This document shows, in pieces, positions 24,609-32,066 of a DNA stretch of 35,372 bases. The position numbers and the translations under genes were made by a program. Under the pieces are notes generated by a model, which searched no databases, was not told where the DNA came from, and worked only from the letters and a program-made list of their open reading frames with translations. The stretch is from an uncultured Burkholderiaceae bacterium (GTDB taxonomy: Bacteria; Pseudomonadota; Gammaproteobacteria; Burkholderiales; Burkholderiaceae_C), in the NCBI GenBank assembly GCA_964531605.1, contig CAZHDP010000001.1, forward strand, positions 1-35,372. The letters are read 5' to 3'. Positions within the stretch are counted from its first letter, which is position 1. The number at the start of each line of letters is the position of its first letter.

Positions 24609-25154
24609 ATGAAGATCAACCGATTCCACCATGTTGCCTACCGCTGCAAAGACGCCAAAGAAACCGTCGAGTGGTACAGCAAGCACCTGAACATGAAGTT
24701 CGTGCTCGCGATTGCCGAAGACCAAGTGCCGTCGACCCACGCGCCTGACCCTTACATGCACCTGTTCATGGACGCCGGTGGCGGCAACGTGTTGGCCTTC
24801 TTTGAAATCCCCAATTCACCTCCCATGGGCCGCGACACCAACACGCCTGATTGGGTGCAGCACATCGCCTTTGACGTGGACAGCCTGCAAGACCTGGAAG
24901 ACACCAAAACCCGACTCGAAGCAGCAGGCATCCCTGTGATTGGCATCACCGACCACACCATCTTCAAATCGATCTATTTCTTTGACCCCAACGGCCACCG
25001 CCTGGAACTCGCCTGCAACACTGGTACGCCAGAGATGTACAAAAAGCTGGACGAGGTGAAGTGGGAGATGCTGGAAGAGTGGAACAAAACCAAACGTGCA
25101 CCCAAGCACGCAGCTTGGATGCACGACAAGGAATTTGCGGCGCAGGCTGCTTGA
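24609..25154 (+). CDS. VOC (glyoxalase/bleomycin resistance/extradiol dioxygenase) family protein
   Basis: MKINRFHHVAYRCKDAKETVEWY...VQHIAFDV...HRLELACN has VOC beta-alpha-beta-beta-beta modules with His/Glu ligand positions. Confidence 0.75.
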   Translation: MKINRFHHVAYRCKDAKETVEWYSKHLNMKFVLAIAEDQVPSTHAPDPYMHLFMDAGGGNVLAFFEIPNSPPMGRDTNTPDWVQHIAFDVDSLQDLEDTKTRLEAAGIPVIGITDHTIFKSIYFFDPNGHRLELACNTGTPEMYKKLDEVKWEMLEEWNKTKRAPKHAAWMHDKEFAAQAA

Positions 25155-25162
25155 CAGCTGCC

Positions 25163-26554
25163 TCACCCGAGGCCGCGCACCACCAACCCCGCCACTGCAC
25201 ACACGCCGATCACCGTGATCACGCCCACCTGGTAGCAGATCAACGCCACGCCTGCGGCGAGCGCGATGGCGAGGGCGGCCCAGTCAAGGTTGGCCGGGAA
25301 AACCTGGCCTACCGCAGAATTGACGGCAATGTGCGCTATGAAAAACAGAGCAAGACTAGCGATCACGCCCACCACGGCGGCGGTGATGGCGGTCAGTGGT
25401 GCCGTGAATTGCAGCTTGCCGTGCGTGGATTCCACCATTGGGCCGCCTGCCAAGATGAACACAAACGAGGGCAAAAAGGTGAACCAGGTGACCACTGTGG
25501 CGGCCAGGGCTGCGCCCAGGAACTGGGCCTCGGGGCCCAACACGGCCTTGCCCCACCCGCCCACGTAGCCCACAAAGGCGACCACCATGATCAACGGGCC
25601 TGGGGTGGTCTCCCCCAAGGCCAAGCCGTCGATCATTTGAGGGCCGGTGAGCCAGCCGAACTGCTCTACCGCACCTTGGTAGACGTACGGTAGCACCGCA
25701 TAGGCGCCACCAAAAGTGAGCAATGCCGCCTTGGTGAAGAACCAGGCCATCTGCGCCAAGGTGGCGTCCCAACCCTGCCAGGCGGTCAACACGGCCATCG
25801 GCGCCAACCACAAAGCCAAGCCAGCGGCCACCACTTTGGCCAAGCGCGAGGGTTTGAAGCGGGCGTGCTCGGGTGTGGGGGTGTCGTCGTCGATCACGGA
25901 CGGGCCATAACTGGCTTTGGCAGCACCGTGCCCACCGCCACTTTGAAACTGTCCCGGTGCCCACTTGGCCCCCAGCCATCCCAAGACCGCGGCCCCCAGC
26001 ACGATGGCGGGAAAGGGCACATCCAAGGCATAGATCGCCAGAAAGCTGGACAGCGCGATGGCCCACAGCAAGGGCGCCTTGGTGGGTGTTTTCAGGGTTT
26101 TGGAGCCAATACGGTGCACCGCTTGCACCACCAGTGCGGCAACAGCGGGTTTGATGCCGTACAGCAAACCGGCCACCCAAGGCACACTGCCAAATGACAC
26201 GTAAACCCAGCTGAGCCCAATCAGGATGAACAGCGAAGGCAGCACAAACAGGGCCCCTGCGGCCACCCCACCCCAGGTGCGGTGCATCAACCAGCCGATG
26301 TAAGTGGCCAGTTGCTGCGCTTCCGGCCCCGGCAAGAGCATGCAGTAGTTGAGGGCGTGCAAGAAGCGCTGCTCGCTGATCCAGCGTTTTTCTTCCACCA
26401 GCTCGCGGTGCATGATGGCAATTTGGCCGGCTGGGCCGCCAAAGCTGATCAGACCGAGCTTGAACCAAAATTTCAAAGCGTCTGCGAAAGAGACGGCGGC
26501 GGGCAGGGCCCCAAGACCCTCTTTGTTGTGTGTGCGTGTGTTGGCTTGTGTCAT
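25163..26554 (-). CDS. chrA: Chromate ion transporter (CHR family)
   Basis: 463-aa duplicated CHR protein with LGLISFGGPAGQIAIMHRELVEEKRWISEQRFLHALNYCMLLPGPEAQQLA and a second half containing LLTFGGAYAVLPYV. Confidence 0.9.
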   Translation of the reverse strand: MTQANTRTHNKEGLGALPAAVSFADALKFWFKLGLISFGGPAGQIAIMHRELVEEKRWISEQRFLHALNYCMLLPGPEAQQLATYIGWLMHRTWGGVAAGALFVLPSLFILIGLSWVYVSFGSVPWVAGLLYGIKPAVAALVVQAVHRIGSKTLKTPTKAPLLWAIALSSFLAIYALDVPFPAIVLGAAVLGWLGAKWAPGQFQSGGGHGAAKASYGPSVIDDDTPTPEHARFKPSRLAKVVAAGLALWLAPMAVLTAWQGWDATLAQMAWFFTKAALLTFGGAYAVLPYVYQGAVEQFGWLTGPQMIDGLALGETTPGPLIMVVAFVGYVGGWGKAVLGPEAQFLGAALAATVVTWFTFLPSFVFILAGGPMVESTHGKLQFTAPLTAITAAVVGVIASLALFFIAHIAVNSAVGQVFPANLDWAALAIALAAGVALICYQVGVITVIGVCAVAGLVVRGLG

Positions 26555-26573
26555 GGTGTTTGGGCGCTGGTGT

Positions 26574-27434
26574 TCAGGGGTTCCAGTTGTGTCGCTCGTC
26601 TTTGGCTTCGACTTTGTCTTGGCACCACGCGTACAGGGCGTCGTAAACGCCCATCATGGCCTCGAGCATGGCGTGGTCGTTGTCGGCATGCAGGCGAGAC
26701 ATGCCCAAAGAAACGGCAAGCAGTCCGGCCGCCTGCGGGGCAAGGTCCAAGCTGTCGGTGTCGGCAGCACGCACGATGGTGCTCATCCAGCGCAAGGCGG
26801 GCATGCGCAGGTCAAAGGCCTGTACCACCGCGTCAAAGCTGCAATGCTCGCCAACGTGGGACACCGGTGCGCCTGGGATGTCGTAGGCCACCGCGTTCAA
26901 GCGTTGCGCTGCTTCCAAGACCTGGGCCGTGGGCACGTAGAAAAATTCGGCGGCAGGATCGATGAAGCGGCGAACCATCCACGGCACGGCGATGCGGTCG
27001 ATTTTGGGGCGCTCTCGGGTGATCCAGCGCGAAGGGGCGTCACCCGTCACACCCCAAGCAGGTTGTTTGGGGATCTGCCAGACGGCCGGGTCACGCCATG
27101 CGGCGATTTGGGTCGGGTCGTCCACGCCAGGCTCTCCGCCGGCCATGCCTCCAGCCAAAAAACGGGCCGTCCAGCCGGCTGCGCGCAGTTGCGCGGCCGC
27201 CTGTTGGCTGACATCATGGCCGTAGACACAACAGGTCACGACAGCTTGTGGCGCATGGGTGGCGATGAACGCAGGCAGATCATCAGGCGCGCAGTAGAAG
27301 GCACCCGGCAAGCGCTCAGGGCTGGCCTCAAAGGCCGGGCGACGTCGAACGTCCAACAGCAGCGGCGCGTCAGCGCGTCCGATGAGGGCATTCAGGTCTG
27401 CGGGGGAAATCGAAAAACGAGCGGTGGTGTCCAT
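26574..27434 (-). CDS. Rhodanese-domain / ChrB C-terminal-domain protein (sulfurtransferase/chromate resistance protein)
   Basis: MDTTARFSISPADLNALIGRADAPLLLDVRR with the loop CCVYGHDVS is rhodanese-like. The C-terminal RERPKIDRIAVPWMVRRFIDP matches a ChrB C-domain. It lies 19 nt upstream of chrA. Confidence 0.7.
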   Translation of the reverse strand: MDTTARFSISPADLNALIGRADAPLLLDVRRRPAFEASPERLPGAFYCAPDDLPAFIATHAPQAVVTCCVYGHDVSQQAAAQLRAAGWTARFLAGGMAGGEPGVDDPTQIAAWRDPAVWQIPKQPAWGVTGDAPSRWITRERPKIDRIAVPWMVRRFIDPAAEFFYVPTAQVLEAAQRLNAVAYDIPGAPVSHVGEHCSFDAVVQAFDLRMPALRWMSTIVRAADTDSLDLAPQAAGLLAVSLGMSRLHADNDHAMLEAMMGVYDALYAWCQDKVEAKDERHNWNP

Positions 27435-27535
27435 AGGTAAGCTGCCACAGGTGTGGTTGCCAGCACTTGGACGGGACACCGTCTATCCGCGAGGATTCGG
27501 GAGGCTGTGTTCCCGATGTGTGGAGCTTAGCATGG

Positions 27536-29272
27536 TCATGCGTCGCGCGACAACCGGAATACTGCTGTGCTGGCCCGCAGGTTGGGCAGCCAGCGCACTT
27601 CCTGGCCTTCGTGCAGGCCATAGGCGTCTTCGATGCGCAGGCCGTTTTGACGGGCCAGCACTTCAAAATCGGCGTAGGTGCCGACCCGGATGTTGGGGGT
27701 GTCGTACCACTGGTACGGCAGTCGTTTGGTCACCGGCATGCGGCCCTGCAGCACGCTCAGGCGGTTGAGCCAGTGGGCAAAGTTGGGGAAGGCCACGACG
27801 CCCAGGCGTCCTACGCGGGCGGTTTCACGCAACATGGTTTCGGCATTGCGCAGGTGCTGCAGCGTGTCGATTTGCAGCACCACGTCAAAGCTTTCGTCTT
27901 CGAACAGCGAAAGCCCGTCGTCCAGGTTCAGCTGGATGACGTTGACCCCAGATTGCACGCAGGCCAGCACATGGGCATCGCTGATTTCGATGCCGTAGCC
28001 TGTGCACTCGCGGGTGTTTTGCAAGTGGGCCAGCAAGCGGCCATCGCCACAACCCAAATCGAGCACGCGGGACGCTTTGGGCACCAGCCGCTCCATCGGG
28101 CTGGCCAGCGTGTGGGTCACTGATGTTGATGTGTTTTTTGACTCTTTCGGCTTGTCTGTGCTGGTTTTGATGCTCTCAAAATAGGAGCGCACAAGGGCAA
28201 GGTAGCGAGGGTCGTCCAACAAGAAGGCGTCGTGACCGTGGGGGGCATCGATCTCGGCGTAGCTCACGTCGCGTTGGTTGTCGACCAGGGCTTTGACGAT
28301 CTCTCGGCTGCGCTTGGGGCTGAAGCGCCAGTCGGTGGTGAAGCTCACCAGCAAAAATTTGGCCTGGGCCGCCGCCATGGCCGTGCTGAGGTTGCCGCTG
28401 CAATGGCGCGCGGGGTCGAAGTAGTCGAGCGCTCGGGTGATGAGCAAGTACGTGTTGGCGTCAAAGGTCTCGCTGAATTTGTCGCCTTGGTGGCGCAGGT
28501 AGCTCTCGATCTGAAACTCGACGTCTTGGGTCGAGTATTTGTAGGCGTCACCTTCGCGCAGTGCACGGCCAAATTTTTCGTTCATCACGTCATCGCTCAG
28601 GTACGTGATGTGCCCGATCATGCGGGCGATGCGCAGGCCACGCTTGGGGATGACGTTGTGTTCGTAGAAGTTACCGCCATTGAAGTCGGGGTCGGTCACG
28701 ATGGCACGGCGGGCCACCTCGTTGAAGGCGATGTTTTCAGCGGTGAGGTTGGGGGCACTGGCAATCACCACCGCGTGCTGGACGCGTTCGGGGTGCTGCA
28801 TTGTCCAACTCAGGGCTTGCATGCCACCCAAGCTGCCACCCATGACCGCTGCCAAGGTTTGGATGCCCAATGCATCCAGCACCCGGGCTTGGGCATTGAC
28901 CCAGTCTTCCACAGTCACCACAGGAAAGTCAGCGCCGTAAACCTTGCCGGTCTCGGGGTTGATGTGCATCGGCCCGGTGGAGCCAAAGCACGAACCCAGG
29001 TTGTTGATGCCGATGACAAAAAAGCGGTTGGTGTCGACGGGCTTGCCCGGGCCGATCATGTTGTCCCACCAGCCTTCGCTTTTGGCCTGGCCTTCGTACA
29101 CCCCGGCGACGTGGTGAGAGGCGTTGAGCGCGTGGCAAACCAGCACGGCGTTGGTCTTGTCCTCGTTGAGCGTGCCGTAAGTTTCATAAGCCATCGTGTA
29201 GCCACGGATGGCGGCGCCGCTTTGCAATGCCAGCGGTGCGTCGAAGGTCATGAACTGAGGTGTGGCAAGCAT
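27536..29272 (-). CDS. metX: Homoserine O-acyltransferase MetX fused in frame to MetW (methionine biosynthesis protein, methyltransferase-like fold)
   Basis: ORF 27536..29311 is uninterrupted. The MetX part runs [19 protein letters not shown]...[15 protein letters not shown]...[10 protein letters not shown]...HGHDAFLL. An A-rich linker [16 protein letters not shown] (28121-28171) follows. The MetW-like part starts at the GTG at 28120 ([27 protein letters not shown]...[11 protein letters not shown]...YDTPNIR). Confidence 0.8.
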   Translation of the reverse strand: MLATPQFMTFDAPLALQSGAAIRGYTMAYETYGTLNEDKTNAVLVCHALNASHHVAGVYEGQAKSEGWWDNMIGPGKPVDTNRFFVIGINNLGSCFGSTGPMHINPETGKVYGADFPVVTVEDWVNAQARVLDALGIQTLAAVMGGSLGGMQALSWTMQHPERVQHAVVIASAPNLTAENIAFNEVARRAIVTDPDFNGGNFYEHNVIPKRGLRIARMIGHITYLSDDVMNEKFGRALREGDAYKYSTQDVEFQIESYLRHQGDKFSETFDANTYLLITRALDYFDPARHCSGNLSTAMAAAQAKFLLVSFTTDWRFSPKRSREIVKALVDNQRDVSYAEIDAPHGHDAFLLDDPRYLALVRSYFESIKTSTDKPKESKNTSTSVTHTLASPMERLVPKASRVLDLGCGDGRLLAHLQNTRECTGYGIEISDAHVLACVQSGVNVIQLNLDDGLSLFEDESFDVVLQIDTLQHLRNAETMLRETARVGRLGVVAFPNFAHWLNRLSVLQGRMPVTKRLPYQWYDTPNIRVGTYADFEVLARQNGLRIEDAYGLHEGQEVRWLPNLRASTAVFRLSRDA

Positions 29273-29308
29273 AAAAAAACCCGGCAACGCCAAAAACGGA
29301 GCCGGGTT
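29273..29308 (-). terminator. Intrinsic terminator-like hairpin abutting the metX start codon
   Basis: On the minus strand: AACCCGGC, a 15-nt loop, GCCGGG, then TTTTTTT, and directly afterwards the ATG at 29272. Confidence 0.55.
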
Positions 29309-29389
29309 CACGCCATGAAATCGGGCAGGTCTTTAGCGGAATTTATCAAGCGCCCGCAAGCTGAAGCAAATCGGCGCATTTGAAGTATA
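29309..29389 (-). promoter_or_regulatory. Structured metX leader (candidate riboswitch/attenuator) downstream of a TATACT -10 box
   Basis: The minus strand reads TATACTtcaaatGCGCCgatttgcttcagcttgcgGGCGCttgataaattccgctaaagacctgcccgatttc. A 5-bp GC stem (29350-29354 paired with 29373-29377) encloses an 18-nt loop. Confidence 0.35.
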
Positions 29390-29459
29390 GCGCGATCAAC
29401 AGGTTTTGGCTTGAGGGACCGTGCCCTTTGCTTGGTTTCAAACCCCGTTCGCCCTTGTT

Positions 29460-29476
29460 TGGCGCATTTCTTGCTT
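29460..29476 (+). promoter_or_regulatory. sigma54 (-24/-12) promoter for the ammonium transporter gene
   Basis: TGGCGC-atttc-TTGCT compared with the consensus TGGCAC-N5-TTGCW, with correct GG-N10-GC spacing. It lies about 85 nt upstream of the ATG. Confidence 0.65.
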
Positions 29477-29490
29477 ATTTTTGCGTTTTC

Positions 29491-29528
29491 TTGGTGCGGC
29501 ATGCTCGTCTGTGCTGTTTTCGCACCAA
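29491..29528 (+). promoter_or_regulatory. Inverted repeat TTGGTGCG-N22-CGCACCAA in the amt leader
   Basis: Perfect 8-bp arms read directly. They contain GGTGC/GCACC half-sites and lie between the sigma54 promoter and the RBS. Confidence 0.4.
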
Positions 29529-29558
29529 TTTAGAACATTTTATTTTGGAGAAGAGACG

Positions 29559-30761
29559 ATGGAAGCACTCAAACAGGGCGCAGATGCCCTGTTCATTCTG
29601 TTGGGTGGCATCATGGTTTTGGCCATGCATGCTGGTTTTGCATTTTTGGAATTGGGCACAGTTCGTCGCAAAAACCAGGTGAACGCCTTGGTGAAAATTT
29701 TGGTCGATTTCAGTGTGTCGACGGTCGTGTACTTTGTGATCGGTTACGCGGTCGCGTATGGCACCACCTTTTTTGTGGGCGCTGAGCAACTGGCTGCCAA
29801 GAACGGCTATGAGCTGGTGAAGTTCTTCTTTTTGCTGACGTTTGCGGCCGCCATTCCTGCCATCATTTCGGGGGGCATTGCTGAGCGAGCGCGCTTTTGG
29901 CCGCAGCTGATTGCCACGGCGGTGATCGTGGGGCTGATTTACCCGCTGTTTGAAGGCGTCGCTTGGAATCAGAAGTTTGGCATTCAGGCCTGGATCAAGG
30001 CCACCACGGGCGAAGAATTCCATGACTTTGCTGGCAGTGTGGTTGTCCACGCTTTGGGTGGGTGGATTGCATTGCCCGCCGTGCTGTTGCTGGGCGCGCG
30101 CAGCAACCGCTACCGCAAGGATGGATCGCTTGCGGCGCACCCACCGAGCAACATCCCCTTTTTGGCCTTGGGCGCATGGATTTTGACCGTGGGTTGGTTT
30201 GGCTTCAATGTGATGAGTGCGCAAACACTCGACAAGATTTCAGGCTTGGTTGCGGTGAATTCGCTGATGGCCATGGTGGGCGGGACGTTGGTCGCGTTGG
30301 TGATGGGCAAAAACGACCCGGGTTTTGTTCACAACGGTCCCTTGGCCGGCTTGGTGGCGGTGTGTGCCGGTTCAGACTTGATGCACCCCCTGGGGGCGTT
30401 GGTCGTTGGGGGCATGGCGGGCGCAATTTTTGTGGTGATGTTCACGTTGACGCAGAACAAATGGAAGATCGATGACGTGTTGGGTGTCTGGCCTCTGCAT
30501 GGCTTGTGTGGTACCTGGGGCGGCTTGGCGGCAGGCATTTTCGGCACACAAGCTTTTGGCGGCATGGGGGGAGTGAGTTTCTCAGCTCAGCTTCTCGGTA
30601 CGCTGATGGGCGTGGTGTGGGCTGGACTGGCTGGCTTGGTGGTGTATGGCGCGCTCAAAGCCACCTTGGGTTTGCGCATGAGCCAAGAGGAAGAATTCGA
30701 TGGCGCTGACCTCACCGTGCACAAAATCAGCTCGACACCTGAGCGTGAAGCCAACTGGTGA
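29559..30761 (+). CDS. amt: Ammonium transporter (Amt family)
   Basis: The start MEALKQGADALFILLGGIMVLAMHAGFAFLELGTVRRKNQVN is preceded by GGAGAAGAG. The longer track ORF starting at 29421 is a non-homologous extension. Confidence 0.9.
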   Translation: MEALKQGADALFILLGGIMVLAMHAGFAFLELGTVRRKNQVNALVKILVDFSVSTVVYFVIGYAVAYGTTFFVGAEQLAAKNGYELVKFFFLLTFAAAIPAIISGGIAERARFWPQLIATAVIVGLIYPLFEGVAWNQKFGIQAWIKATTGEEFHDFAGSVVVHALGGWIALPAVLLLGARSNRYRKDGSLAAHPPSNIPFLALGAWILTVGWFGFNVMSAQTLDKISGLVAVNSLMAMVGGTLVALVMGKNDPGFVHNGPLAGLVAVCAGSDLMHPLGALVVGGMAGAIFVVMFTLTQNKWKIDDVLGVWPLHGLCGTWGGLAAGIFGTQAFGGMGGVSFSAQLLGTLMGVVWAGLAGLVVYGALKATLGLRMSQEEEFDGADLTVHKISSTPEREANW

Positions 30762-30768
30762 GTGGGGT

Positions 30769-31683
30769 TCAGCGACAAGCCTGAAAGCAGGCCCGACAGG
30801 CGTTAGCGCTGGGCAAGGTGACGGCATTTGCGCAGGGGTTGAGGGCGTCCCGGGTCAGCGTGTTGGCATGGGCGGCCTCGTCCAGCAGCACCTGCAGTGG
30901 TGGAATGTCAAAGTCCCATTCAATCAGCGTGGGGCGCGGTCCCCAGCGACGCACGGTGTAGCTGTAGAGCGACCACACCGGGTCTGTGATGGCGCGACTG
31001 CGGTTGTTGATCACCACGTTGCCGCAATCGTCATGGCCTGCCACGTGCAACTCTGCGACGGCCTCAGCCGGAATGCCATCGATCCACTGGCGGCAACGGT
31101 CTAGCGCTGTCAAAGGGAACGCCTGATCTTGTGCGTCAAGCGAGTTCAGTCGGCGTCGAATGTCGAGGCGAAATGCGTTCAACGCGTTCACGTAGACGCT
31201 GTTGAGATCGATCAGCAGTGTGCAACCTGTTCGCCGCACCAGTTGGGTTAAAAATTCGGGCTCTGCGACGGGCAGGTCTGCGCCAGTCGTGTTGACGGAC
31301 ACGTTTTCGACAGCGATGGTTCGTTTCAACTGGTCTTGCACGCGCTGGACGTTGGCGCACAACACGTCCAAGGCCTCAGGGGTAAATGGCGGCGCAACGC
31401 TCGCGTGGTCGCTGATGAGCCAGGGGTTTGTTCGGTCTGCCAAGGACGACAGTTGCGACAGGTAGGACGCGTTCACGCCGTCACTTGAGCCCAGAGACAA
31501 GCCTACGCCATGCAAACTGAGTGGGTACAGTTCGCCGCACCGTTCGAGCAGGGTCAACGTGGCACCTTCGGCGTTCATGAAGCGCTCGGTGTGCACTTCT
31601 AAAAAGCCGAGTTGGGGCCGTTGTTGCAACAATTCAGTGCCGTGCCTGTGTCGCCAGCCAATGCCTGCTTGTTCAGGGGTCAA
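30769..31683 (-). CDS. Divergent DUF692 / MNIO-family (MbnB/TglH/BufB-like TIM-barrel) protein with Cys-rich C-terminal extension; possibly degenerate
   Basis: Family blocks are present: GIGWRHRH, FLEVHTE, YPLSLHGVGLSLGS, IAVENVS, GCTLLIDLNSVYVNA, ELHVAGH, PTLIEWDFDIP. It has a TTG start with a weak RBS. The region after SDHA is shortened and the expected D-x-H block reads NNR. The tail is NPCANAVTLPSANACRACFQACR. Confidence 0.6.
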   Translation of the reverse strand: MTPEQAGIGWRHRHGTELLQQRPQLGFLEVHTERFMNAEGATLTLLERCGELYPLSLHGVGLSLGSSDGVNASYLSQLSSLADRTNPWLISDHASVAPPFTPEALDVLCANVQRVQDQLKRTIAVENVSVNTTGADLPVAEPEFLTQLVRRTGCTLLIDLNSVYVNALNAFRLDIRRRLNSLDAQDQAFPLTALDRCRQWIDGIPAEAVAELHVAGHDDCGNVVINNRSRAITDPVWSLYSYTVRRWGPRPTLIEWDFDIPPLQVLLDEAAHANTLTRDALNPCANAVTLPSANACRACFQACR

Positions 31684-31759
31684 TCTGTGGTCCAGTGGGA
31701 GTAATGTGGCGACCGTGCCCGTGAGGACTGTCGCTACGGCTAGGCCTCAAATGATCGCT

Positions 31760-31800
31760 GAAAAGCAAAACCCTTGCTGCTTGTACTTTCTTTGCTTTTC
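31760..31800. repeat. Perfect 10-bp inverted repeat GAAAAGCAAA-N21-TTTGCTTTTC
   Basis: Read directly. It lies 77 nt upstream of the DUF692 start and 3 nt after the stop of a 37-codon minus-strand mini-ORF. Confidence 0.7.
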
Positions 31801-32066
31801 AGGTTAAGGGGTGATGACGGCGCTGCAGCGTGAGCAAAAACCGTGGTGCGGACACTGCGAACCTGTAAATATGAGGGTATTTCCGGGTACCCGGCGTCGA
31901 AACCCTGATACGGTCATGCGGTATTTAACGCATAATGTAAAAACGTAGGCGTTCAACGTCTATGTAAGTTTGCGGTGATCAGGTCAGTTTCGCGTCTCTC
32001 AAGTACTCAGTTGTATGCGTTTTCGGGACTCCATCGCTTTTCTCATGTGTTTATAGGAGTCCCTTC

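Noticed and set aside
29309-29383. Calling the metX leader a canonical SAM-II riboswitch
   Set aside because: Several conserved-looking blocks are present, but I could not find the AAAGCU 3' strand needed for the P2b pseudoknot. It is therefore reported only as an unclassified candidate leader.
29421-29558. Longer 446-aa version of the ammonium transporter ORF
   Set aside because: The extra 46 aa show no Amt similarity and cover the sigma54 promoter and leader. A good RBS (GGAGAAGAG) precedes the ATG at 29559, where the family N-terminus begins.
31751-31807. Plus-strand mini-ORF MIAEKQNPCCLYFLCFSG, considered as a Cys-rich peptide near the DUF692 gene
   Set aside because: It is on the opposite strand to the DUF692 gene and has no RBS. 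Its Cys codons are simply the arms of the 10-bp inverted repeat (TTGCTGCTTG/TTTGCTTTTC).
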